This document shows positions 50,960-63,154 of a stretch of 64,000 nt of DNA, one piece after another. The notes beneath the pieces were generated by a model, which saw only the letters and a list, made by a program, of their open reading frames with translations, did no database searches and was not told the DNA's origin. The stretch covers positions 18,290,001 through 18,354,000 of the forward strand of contig NC_043013.1 in the NCBI RefSeq assembly GCF_006345805.1, read 5' to 3'. The DNA is from Octopus sinensis. Its lineage: Eukaryota. Within the stretch, counting starts at the first letter, position 1. Each line of letters opens with the position of its first letter. The position numbers and the translations under genes are program-made.

Positions 50960-51340
50960 CAGTCATTTGACTGCGGCCATGCTGGAGCACTGCCTTTTTT
51001 TTCAGTCAAACAAATTGACTCCAGGACTTATTCTCTAGTATTTATTCTATCAGTCTCTTTTGCTAAACTGCTAAGTAACAGGATGTAAACACACCAACAT
51101 TGGTTGTCAAAAGATGATGGAGAGACTAGCACAGACACACAAACACAGACACAGATGCACACACACACACACACACACACACTATGGGTTTCTTTCAGTT
51201 TCCATCTACCAAATCCACTCAGAAGACTTTGGTCGGCCTGAGGCTATAGTAGAAGGCATTTGTCCAAGTTGCCACGTAGTGGGACTGAACGCGGAACCAT
51301 GTGGTTGGGAAGCAAGCTACTTACCTCACAGCCACTCCTA
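50960..51340 (-). mobile_element. SINE family C
   Basis: Homology to 38768-39170. Confidence 0.85.
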
Positions 51341-51342
51341 TG

Positions 51343-51395
<53 letters not shown>

Positions 51396-51552
51396 CGGAG
51401 TAAACACATAAATGTGAAACAAGGTGGAAAAAAGAGTACTCAAATACCAGTGGTAGAGTAATATGCTTTATTTTAAGCAGCAGAAAATTCAACAAAATCT
51501 GTTACTCTGAGTTTCTCGTTGCCGTTCATATATATATATATTCATGTACATA

Positions 51553-52155
51553 TGTGTGTGTATGTATGTATATCATCATCATCATTTACCATCTGTTGTC
51601 CATGCTGGCATGGGTTGGATGGTTTGACTGGGCTGGCATGCTGGAAGGCTGCACTAGACTTCAGTCTGATTTGGTATTGTTTTCTATGGCTGGATGCCCT
51701 TCCTAATACTAACCACTCTGAGAGTGCAATGGGTGTGTTTACATTCCACTAGCATGGGTGCCATTTGCGTGACACTAGGGTGCGCATTTATGTGCCACCA
51801 GCATGAATGCCAATTTACATGACACCTCTAGCTTGCCTCCTGACAGTTGATGGAGTATATTTTCTGCACATTTTCAGCGTTTATTGTACCTGTACATCTT
51901 CCACATACAAAAGCTAGTTTCCCTGTTAACCTTCCTCTGAATTTTTTGCACCTTCTATGTGTTTAAAGCTCACACTGGGTGCAACTTATGGAGTTTCTAC
52001 TTACACTTTTTCTACAGATTGAGCAAGGCCATCTACCTGAAGGGATCTGTGATTTGTCTGCCTTCCTAATTACTAAGACTTTGGTTTTTGCTAGGTTAAC
52101 TCTAAAGCCCTTTGATTCTAGACCTTGCTTTCACAACTGGAACTGCTTCTCTAGT
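51553..52155 (-). mobile_element. Internally deleted RTE copy (RT/Cys-rich fragment 51835-52155 joined to 3'UTR)
   Basis: KTKVL...PSGRWPCSICRK homology followed directly by 3'UTR and (gat)n. Confidence 0.75.
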
Positions 52156-52583
52156 TCATATATATATATATATATATATATATAAGCTTTTTTGTACAAA
52201 TATATTATATTTATGAATTAAGGATTGAGACAAAGAAGTAAATATTTGCGTATTTATCATTTATTACATATTTTAATGTGTGTCTTGGTTGTTGACTTGG
52301 ATATGTAACATGTTTTGCATAATGAAATAACTATTTGCCTGTCTGTCAGTTTCCTTGTATGTACATCATCATCATCATCATCATTATTGTTTAATGCTCC
52401 TTTTTCCATGTTGGTATGGAATGGATAGTTTGACAAGAACTGATGAGCCAGAGGACAGTGCTCAGTTTCAATGTTTGGTTTGGGACATGGTCGCTACGGC
52501 TGGATGTCATTCATAACTTCAACCTCTGTACAGAGTATATTAGATGTGTGTGTGTGTGTGTGTGTGTATGCATGACTTGTGGT

Positions 52584-53765
52584 CAGTGTTGAATAATTTG
52601 TAAGATCCTACTATTTACAAACAATTATGTATATATTTTACATCTTTATATAGCCTCCTTTACCTTATATAACTTCAAATATTCTCTCATCATCTGATTT
52701 TGTCAATTTCTCAACAACCTCACTTTTGATATTACTTTCAGCAGTTTTTATTGCTTTCCATAGTAAACCACTGCTTGGATATTGTTCATCTTTAGAATTT
52801 ACATGTTTTTTAATTATTGACTACACATTCTCTATTTTGTTTAGATCTGGAGATTGGGGGACCCGTTCCATTGTCTTATGTTCCTTGAAACCTTTCTTAG
52901 CTAAATGATTAATAGTGAGTTTGGCAGAGTGTGAAGGGGCATTATCATACATAAATATGCTCTTTAACTTGAAACTTCATATGTTGACTTGTATGAATGG
53001 AAGAAGTTGTCATCTTGAAACTTGCAATAATTTCCAGCATTCATGTTGACTCCATCAGCAACCTCAAATGGACCTATACTGTCTCCTCCAACTATACCAG
53101 CCCAAACCTTGATTCCTCCACCACCCTGCTGTCTTCTTAATCATGTTGGTTGACTTTTCCCATGTAACACCCAGCCTCTTGTCCGTCCATCAGGCCCTTC
53201 TAATATTGCTCTGCACTCATCAGTAAAAATTAACATTTGTAAAATCTGTCTTCATATATCTTTTTTGCCCAAGTCACTCTTTTTTCTTTGTGTATTTTTC
53301 TTTAAAAGAGGCAATTTTGTGATATTTATGACTTTGCCTATTTCAGTATTGTGCAACATTTTCCCTTTGTATGTTAGAGGTTCCTGCTTCTTCAAAGATT
53401 TATTCGCTGATTAACCTACTTTTCTTGCACATAATTCTTTTGAGTTTTCTCCTATCTCTATTTTGTGATGTTCTTCAAACCTGTTTTCTTCCTTATTCTT
53501 ACTCTCTCAATGTTTTGTACCTGTTTTTGTTTTTTTTTATTGTTCTGTAATCTCTATTTAGCTTTTTAGAAATTACAATATTTTGCATTCCCTTCTCCCG
53601 GTAGTTTCACTATTTCTTTCTTCTCCTTTGATGTTATATTTTTACTTTGACCCATTTCTATATTTTCTGTACCTGAAATTAAAAAAAAAAAAACATTTCA
53701 AAATTACATATCACATGAGGGAAAGCAGTATCGTGTTAACTTGCATAATATAAAGAAACACCCTG
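52584..53765 (-). mobile_element. Tc1-like (DD34E-type) transposon with decayed transposase (~53655-52638)
   Basis: IFTDEC, RRQQGGGGI.VWAGI, FMYDNAPSHSA, PQSPDLNKIEN motifs; several stops and frameshifts; imperfect TIRs, so ends are approximate. Confidence 0.85.
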
Positions 53766-54289
53766 TAAACATGTTTTTCTTCATTTCCTCTTTAAATGTT
53801 CACCAATTTAGATGAAAAGTACACAAGACATGGGATACATAATTCTACATATTCCGTAAAACTTTCAAGAAAATTGGACAAGGTGGTTTTGATTTTTTTG
53901 AGGAATGATTGACCTGCATAATAGAAGGAAACATAGTATGTGTGTGTGGAGGTATGTGTATGTATATACGAGAAATTATGATTAACAAAATTTTTGCTTC
54001 ATTTGTTCCTATGTATGTTTTGGCTGGTGTGGTTCTTTAGAGGCTCTGATTGGATGTTGCAAGTACAATTGGATGCTTAACCACAATGGATCGTCAAAGA
54101 AATAATTTATTTCATTATGTTACTGCAATCGAATGCAGACAATTTCCAAATACATTTGGAACACCCAATGCAGATGTTTAAAATGACTACAATGGTGAAT
54201 CATACATAGGGAATAAATGATATAAACTTATGTTTATCATAATTTGTCCTACATTTCTTGTACATGTCATACTAAGTATAAGCACAGGT

Positions 54290-54900
54290 GTAGCTGTGTG
54301 GTAAGAAGTTTGTATCCTAACCACATGGGTCTGGGTTCAGTCCCACGATGTGACACCTTGGGCCAGTGTCTTCAACTGTAGCATAGGTCCAACCAAGTTG
54401 CTGTGAGTGGATTTGGTAGGCAGAAGCTTTAGCAGTATTCCGTCTGCTGCTATGTTCTGAGTTCAAATTCCGCCAAGGTAGACTTTGCCTTTCATCCTTT
54501 CGGGGTTGACTAAATAAGAAGCAGTTATGCACTGGGGTCGATGTAATCAAGTTAATCCGTTTGTCTGTCCTTGTTTATCGCCTCTGTGTGTAGCCCCTTG
54601 TGGGCAGTAAAGAAATAAGAAGCTGAAAGAAGCTTGTAATATATGTGTGTGTGTGTGTGTTGTGTGTTATGTGTGTATGTGTCCGGGAATGTCCCCACCC
54701 CTGCTTGACAACCAGTGTGTTGTTGTGTTTATATCCCCATAACTTAGCAGTTCAGCAAAAGAGACAGATATAGTAATTACCAAGATTAAAAAAAAAAAAG
54801 AAAAAAAGAAGTACTGAGGTCAATTCATTCAAGAAAAGATTCTTCTAGGTGGTGCCCCACCATGGCTGCAGTCTAATGACTGAAACAAGCAGAAGATAAA
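54290..54900 (+). mobile_element. SINE C with a 5'-truncated SINE B inserted (54429-54617)
   Basis: 7-bp TSD agaagct at 54422-54428 and 54618-54624. Confidence 0.8.
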
Positions 54901-57847
54901 AGATTCAAGATTGAAGATATAGTGGTGACCAAACCACTACAGTGGAAGCAAACTGGATGGTCATAATCTACATTGAGCTCTAAACTCAACATAGCAGTTG
55001 TACATCTAATTGTATACTCAAGATATACTGTATATGTGTATGTGTTTGTGTGTATTTATATATGAATATCTATACACTATATAATTTTAGCTGTTTTTGT
55101 TACTCTGGTTCTGTTGTGTCTGGGGAGAGTCATTTTCTTTTTGTGCCTTATAATGTAACACACTCACTGGTAAAATTTCCACTTATTTCTTATTTTTATT
55201 TTCCTGAAATGCTTTCAACACACAAACTCATATAAAGAATCTTGCAAACCAAATTCAAAAACGAAATTTTTTTTCTGGTGTTTCCCTGAATTGTGGTTTG
55301 TTCTTCAAACAAGACAACGCCGAGGAATGGATTTCTACAAACCATTCTGATGACGGAGTGGTAGAAGAGGACTAGAGAATACAAAAATGGTAAGCCGCTG
55401 GTTTAAATTACAAGCTGGTTTTTGGCCAGGGTCAGCAGAAGAGAAGGAAAGCTGTTAAGGTTTGGTGATGTAGAAGCTAAACAATGTACAGATGTTTGTC
55501 ACCCCAACATCGCTTGACAACTGATGGTGGTGTGTTTACGTCCCCGTAACTTAGCAGTTCGGCAAAAGAGACTGATAGAATAAGTACTAGGCTTGCAAAG
55601 AATGAGTCCTGGGGTTGATTTGCTCGACTAAAAGGCGGTGCTCCAGCATGGCCACAGTCAAATGACTGAAACAAGTAAAAGAGTAAAAGAGAGTAAAAGG
55701 AGGATAACAAACCACACTCCATGCCTGCTGCCCCCACTATCCCTTAAATTACTAGCTGGATTTTGACCGGGGTCAGCAGAAGAGAAGGAAAGCTGTTAAG
55801 GTTGCACACATGCTCTCACATACACATAACCACAATTGAATGTGTACATGCAGACGAACAAACCAACACATGCACACGTGCATGCACACACAAACACACA
55901 CACACACACACACACACGAGCTACACATGCATACAAAGAAACATCCTGCATGTGCACACATGTTAGCATAAAAGGGGACAAAGCAGGGAGAGAGTGTTGT
56001 GTTGGGTGGAAGCGAAAAGATAAAATAAAGAAATGGAGAAAGTGTGAACTGTCAGGTGTGCATGGGTAAATTACCAAATACATAAAGAGACTGATAATTA
56101 AAATAAATTTCCCGCCTGTCTCTCTTCTCTTGCTCTCTCTTTCTCTCTCACTTGCTCTCTCCCCCTTTCTCTCTCATCGTAATAATAATCATCATCATTG
56201 TTTTCATGTCCATTTTTCCATGCTCACATTGTTTGGACGAAGCTTTTTTATTTATTGAAGCAGATTTTCTATGGCTAGATGCCCATCCAGTTGCCAATCT
56301 TCATATGCCATAGGTAATATTCCCTTATGTTCAGACATCTTCTCACAGAAATTAATGACATTGCTTGTATGACAGTAACACTTATTTACAACTATCATAC
56401 TATATCAAGACAAATAAACACACATACACACACGATGGGCTTCTTTCAGTTTCCATTTACCAAATCAACTCACAAGACTTTAGTTGCCCTATGGCTACAA
56501 TAGAAGACATTTGCCCAAGGTACCATATTGTTGGACTGAATCTGGAACCATGTGGTCAGAAAGTATTCTTTTCAACAACACAGCAATACCTGCATCTATA
56601 TAGCCACACCTACAGTTATTTCGCTATGTGTGTGCTTATGTGTCACCCCTGCACCTATATATATATATATATGTGACAATCACACACTACACCCCTTCCT
56701 TCCAAGCACTGCTGTAAAGAGTGGCAGTGAGCTAGAATGTTAAAACTTAGTGTGCATGCACAGCAGAGTTCAAGGTCAATCTTTGCCTCGCAGCTTCATA
56801 CTGCATGCTTTAACTTTGTTACTATGGCAACAATCCGGATACTTATTGATCAGACCTTGTATATGAATTTACTGAGTCTTCAACTGTTACACATTGCAAT
56901 TTTTCCCACTGTTTTAAATTTTATAGCATTGTAGGATTCAGATTCAATAATTTCTTCCATTATCTTGGAATAACTTTATTTAGAGATGCTGTTTATTTTG
57001 TTTCTATGTTGTGTTTCTCGTATTTTTAGTTTCAGATGACCAAGGTTATGCACAAGAGTTGCTGAAGCATGGAACAAACTGCCAGCATCAGTTGTTAGTT
57101 GTCGGAGCACTGCATCCTTCAAAACTTCCATGCTTCCTGAGATTTGCCAACACTACACCTGATTTTCTCCCCTCCATACACACGCAAGCATGTATCTGAC
57201 TCATACACTGTTCGCTTTCCAGACATTTGTACATTACTGCATATGCTTTATACACACTTTTGATAAGTTGTGGTGCACCTGAGCACTGTATACAATAATT
57301 TCATTATTATTATTATTATTATTTTTTAAAAAACCCATCACTTCAGTGACGCATCTTTTTAAAATCCTTGTACCAAGAGAAATTGATGAGGTGTTGATTT
57401 CTTGTCCTAATGGATTTTATCATTTTGTAGCCTGTTTTCTGGAAGTCTTTGATAACTGGGATGTTGAGCACTTAAAGTGATCGTTGGTCATCTGGTTGAC
57501 TGGAGATTTTTAGGTGGGTGCTAATAACGGTTGTGGTAGTGGTAGTGGTGGTTGTAAGAAATTTTAAGGAAATCTTCATTGTTTCTGCAAACTGCTTGAT
57601 GAAAGGTATTATGGCACTGGAATCAAGATCAAATCCTCCTACTTCTTCTTACAGAACCATTAGCACACAAGACAAAATACTTAGCAGAATTTCATCTGTC
57701 TACATTTTGAGTTCAAATTCTGCTAAGGTCGACTTTGCCTTTCATCTTTTTGGGGTCAATAAAATAAGTACTGGTTGAGCACTGGGTTGATGTAATCAAC
57801 TTCTCCCCTCTCCCGAAATTGCTGGCTTTGTGCCAAAATTTGAAAGC

Positions 57848-57881
<34 letters not shown>

Positions 57882-58139
57882 GTGAGCAGGTTGGTATTAG
57901 GAAGGGCATCCAGCCAAGGGAACGTTGCCAAAAGAAGCATTGGAGCTCAACACGATCTTGCAGTTTGCCAGATCCTGCCAAACTGTCCAACTCATGCCAG
58001 CATGGAAAATGACATACATGCATACATACATAAGTACACACACACATGCATGCATGCACATACATACATACATGCATACATACACACACACATACATACA
58101 TACACATACATACATACATACATCAGAATGGAAAGCAAG

Positions 58140-58794
58140 ATATTAATTGAACACTTTGTGATGTCTATCACAGACACAACGAAAATATTTGATCGAAACA
58201 GTGGTTATTTCGCATGAGCCATGTTGACTTCCAATCAAGAGACAACAGATCAATAAAAAGACAACACAAACAAAACAGAAAACAAAGAGAAGGCAATTAA
58301 ATGTTAGAGATACTTTGACAATGATATCTGCACCATGTTGCCATAGCAACGTTGGAGAGGTCGACTGGTAGACTCTAGAGTGTTGGACACAGATATCCTG
58401 CAGTATTCGTTCCGGCTCTTTGCATTCTGTGTTCAAACCCTGCTGAAGATGACTTTACTTTATATCCTTCTGAGGTCAACACCACCACCACCGCATCTGC
58501 TGCCATCGCCGCTGCCACCACTGCCGCCACCACCGCCGTTGATATCGCGAGCAGTTTCAGCTACTTTACATCCTTTTTTGAAGTTGAATACCAAAATTGA
58601 TTGAATATTGCACTTTGACAGTTCCATTTCAGATGACTGTAACAATGGTTAAAATAATATCAATATTAATTTATTGATGCATTTGGGCAAGTCTATATCT
58701 GTATTATCAGAGAATTGCAAAAAAAATTCAAAACTCAGCAAAAACCCAGTACAAATTCTTTATGGTTCAAAGCATTGCTTACTTTTTACTCAAC

Positions 58795-58798
<4 letters not shown>
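58140..58798 (-). mobile_element. Mariner 5' part (TIR and transposase N-terminus); fragments may extend to ~56750
   Basis: Minus TIR tatcaggttgagtaaaaagtaagcaatgc; MELSKCNIQSILVFNFKKGCKVAETARDIN. Confidence 0.75.
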
Positions 58799-58866
<68 letters not shown>

Positions 58867-59009
58867 CAGAAACAGGTGTCTTGCTGTACCTCCTCTACAA
58901 AAAAGATATCTGTTTCTTTCTCTGTGTCACACTCTAACTTTCCATCATCTAGCACAAGATCTCCACTTCCAATTCCTTCTCCCCGCTCAAAAGATTTTTG
59001 TCTTGCAAG

Positions 59010-59323
59010 TTACTTGGTGACCCTGCCAGTGCTGGTGCCACTTAAAAAGCACCCAGTCCACACTGTAAAGTGGCTGGTGATAGGAAGGGCATCCAGCTGT
59101 AAAAACCTTGCCAAAGCTGACTTCTCCTGTACTTGTGCCATGTAAAAACCACTAAGTCCACTCTGCTAAGTGTTTGGTGTTAGGAAGGGCATCCAGCCAT
59201 AAAAACCATGCCAAAACAGACGCAGAAGTCTGGTGCAGGCTCCTGCCTGGCCAGCTCTTGTCAAACTGTTCCACCTATGCCAGCATGGAACGCGGACATT
59301 AAACGATGATGATGATGATGATG

Positions 59324-59325
<2 letters not shown>
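59010..59325 (+). mobile_element. Older RTE 3'UTR copy with duplicated segment
   Basis: Two aggaagggcatccagc blocks and (gat)n tail. Confidence 0.7.
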
Positions 59326-59369
<44 letters not shown>

Positions 59370-59859
59370 AACAATTTCTTAGCCCTAGGTTAACCTGGAA
59401 CAGACAAGCCTTTGATCAAAGAGTATTTGGTGTATATTCTTTTATTCGTTTATTCTTTTACTTGTTTCAGTCATTTGACTGTGGCCATGCTGGAACACCA
59501 CCTTTTGTCAAGCAAATCGACCCCCAGGACTTATTCTTTGTAAGCCTAGTACTTATTCTATCGGACACTTTGCCGAACCAGACGTAAACACACCAGCATT
59601 GGTTGTTGAGTGATGTTGAGGGGACAAACACAGATACACACGCACACTCACACACACACGCACACTCACACACACACGCACACACACACACATAATAAAC
59701 ACAAAAAATAAGTACTAGGGTGAATTCTTTCAACTAAAATTTTTTTTTCAATGTGGTGCCCCAGCATGTCCACAGTCGAATAATTAAAACAAGAGATATA
59801 AATAAAAAGAATGTCTGATCTGAGGGTAGTTTAATATGTTACCACACAACTAACAAGTT

Positions 59860-60270
59860 ATTTGAACTTAAATGGATTAATTTTAAGCCACACACTTTTG
59901 TAACGCTAAGACACCCTCTTACAATGTTGATGACAGTGATATTGTAAAAATGTCTTTAATTTCTTAAGAGTTTCTTTGGCACATAACATGTTAGGCCTGA
60001 CAATAAATCATGATAAAATTATTCTTTATCAGCCCTGTCCTGAAGATTCTTGAGAGTATTCTGAATTATAAAACATTGAATAATATATCTCTCTCAAATA
60101 TCAACATGGTACCATGTTAATCAAGAACAAAAATCTTGATAATGAAATTGCAAATAGAATTCAGAAATCGCGAATATCCTTTGCAAGATTACAATCTTCA
60201 CTGCAGTCTCAGCCGTATACAAATAAATGACACGAAAATATTGATTTTTCCAAACTTTTTTTTTTGTATG
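59860..60270 (+). pseudogene. Decayed LINE RT C-terminal remnant
   Basis: NLDNEIANRIQKSRISFARL...TKILI resembles the RTE motif EI..RI.KA..AF.RL. Confidence 0.4.
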
Positions 60271-60720
60271 GTTGCACAACATTGAAATTATATATTCAAA
60301 ACAAGTGAAACATAAACACAGGAGTGGCTATGTGGTGAGTAGCTTGTTTACAAACTACATGGTTCCAGGTTCAGTCCCACTGTGTGGCACCTTGGGCAAG
60401 TGTCTTCTACTACAGCCTTGGGCTGACCAATGCCTTGTGAGTGGATTTGGTAGACGGAAACTGAAAGAAGCCCGTCATATATATACCTGTTTTATATAGC
60501 TAATAGATTAAATGGGACATACCTGTCTTCACGGCCGAAACAGCTGTCAGCTACAATATAAATGTATTTTCTATTTCTATTTCTATGTCTTTTTATATTT
60601 GTAATATATTATGTATAATATAACTGCTGTTGTGTAATGGTTTAATAAAGTATTGATTGGGTATTATCTGATGGTTGATGATTGATTTAGGTATATTTCT
60701 CCATTTTCTCATTTTGTATA

Positions 60721-63154
60721 TCATCATCATCATCATCATCATTTAGCGTCCGTTTTCCATGCTAGCATGGGTTGGACGGTTCAACTGGGGTCTGGGGAGC
60801 CCGAAGGCTGCACCAGGCCAGTCAGATCTGGCAGTGTTTCTACAGCTGGATGCCCTTCCTAACGCCAACCACTCCGAGAGTGTAGTGGGTGATTTTATGT
60901 GCCACCGACACAGGTGCCAGACGAGGCTGGCAGACGGCCACGCTCGGATGGTGTTTGTTACGTCCCCAAAGCACGGAGGCCAGTCTATGCGGTACTGGCT
61001 ACGGCCACGTTCGGATGATTTTCTTGTGTGCCACCAGCACTGGTACCACAAAGATACAAATTCCATTGATATTCATCTATTTTGATTTGTTTTGATTTTC
61101 ACTTGCCTCAACAGGTCTTCACAAGTGTCACAAGAAGGAAGGTATGCACAGGTGGACTGACTACGTCCCAGGTAGGGGCCACGGGTTATGGCCTGACTAG
61201 TCTTGCCGGGTCTTCGGATGGTGTTTTTATGTGCCACCGACACAGGTACCAGATGAGGCTGGCGAACGGCCACGATTGGATGGTGTTTGTTACGTGCCCA
61301 CAGCACGGAGGCCAGTCGATGCGGTACTGGCTACGGCCACGTTCGGATGGTTTTCTTGTGTGCCACCGGCACTGGTACCACAAAGATACAAATTCCATTG
61401 ATGTTCATCTATTTTGATTTGTTTTGATTTGATTTGATTTGATTTTCACTTGCCTCAACAGGTCTTCACAGGTCTTCACAAGTGTCACAAGAAGGAAGGA
61501 AGGTATGCACAGGTGGACTGACTACGTCCCAGGTAGGGGCCCCGGGTTATGGCCTGACTAGTCTTGCCGGGTCTTCGGTTGGTGTTTTTATGTGCCACCG
61601 ACACAGGTGCCAGATGAGGCTGGCGAACGGCCACGATCGGATGGTGTTTGTTATGTGCCCACATCACAGAAGCCAGTCGATGCGGTACTGGCTACGGCCA
61701 CGTTCGGATGGTTTTCTTGTGTGCCACCGGTACTGGTACCACAAAGATACAAATTCCATTGATGTTCATCTATTTTGATTTGTTTTGATTTGATTTTATT
61801 TTATTTTGATTTTTGATTTTCACTTGCCTCAACAGGTCTACACAAGTGTCACACACTTGCCTCAACAGGTCTTCACAAGTGTCATAAGAAGGAAGGTATG
61901 CACAGGTGGACTGACTACGTCGCCGGGTCTTCGGATGGTGTTTTTATGTGCCACCGACACAGGTGCCAGATGAGGCTGGCGAACGACCACGATCAGATGG
62001 TGTTTGTTGTGCCCACAGCACGGAGGCCAGTCGATGCGGTACTGGCTACGGCCACGTTCGGATGGTTTTCTTGTGTGCCACCGGTACTGGAACCACAAAG
62101 ATACAAATTCCATTGATGTTCATCTATTTTGATTTGGTTTGATTTTGATTTTCACTTGCCTCAACAGGTCTTCACAAGTGTCACACGTGTCACACACTTG
62201 CCTCAACAGGTCTCCACAAGTGTCACACACTTGCCTCTGCCTCAACAGGTCTTCGCAAAGTGTCACACACTTGCCTCTGCCTCAACAAGTCTTCACAAGT
62301 GTCACACACTTGCCTCAACAGGTCTTCACAAGTGTCATAAGAGGGAAGGTATGCACAGGTGGACTGACTACGTCGCCGGGTCTTCGGATGGTGTTTTTAT
62401 GTGCCACCGACACAGGTGCCAGATGAGGCTGGTGAACGGCCACGATCAGATGGTGTTTGTTGTGCCCACAGCACGGAGGCCAGTCGATGCAGTACTGGCT
62501 ACGGCCACGTTCGGATGGTTTTCTTGTGTGCCACTGGTACTGGAACCACAAAGATACAAATTCCATTGATGTTCATCTATTTTGATTTGGTTTGATTTTG
62601 ATTTTCACTTGCCTCAACAGGTCTTCACAAGTGTCACACGTGTCACACACTTGCCTCAACAGGTCTCCACAAGTGTCACACACTTGCCTCTGCCTCAACA
62701 GGTCTTCACAAAGTGTTACACACTTGCCTCTGCCTCAACAGGTCTTCACAAGTGTCACACACTTGCCTCAACAGGTCTTCACAAGTGTCATAAGAGGGAA
62801 GGTATGCACAGGTGGACTGACTACGTCGCCGGGTCTTCGGATGGTGTCTTTATGTGCCACCGACACAGGTGCCAGATGAGGCTGGCGAACGGCCACGATC
62901 GGATGGTGTTTGTTGTGCCCACAGCACGGAGGCCAGTCGATGCGGTACTGGCTACGGCCACGTTTGGGTGGTTTTCTTGTGTGCCACCGGCACTGGTACC
63001 ACAAAGAATACAATTCCACTGATGTTCATCTATTTTGATTTGTTTTGATTTGATTTTCACTTGCCTCAACAGGTCTTCATAAGTGTCACAAGAAGGAAGG
63101 TATGCACAGGAGGACTGACTACGTCCCAGGTAGGGACCACGGGTTACGGCCTGA
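60721..63154 (-). repeat. RTE 3'UTR expanded into six tandem units, ending in (GAT)n
   Basis: Unit junctions at 61210, 61571, 61927, 62380, 62833, 63168. Confidence 0.95.

Noticed and set aside
60505-60555. GAAAC-agct-GTC hammerhead half
   Set aside because: No CTGAnGA or helix II partner upstream; at most a truncated relic.
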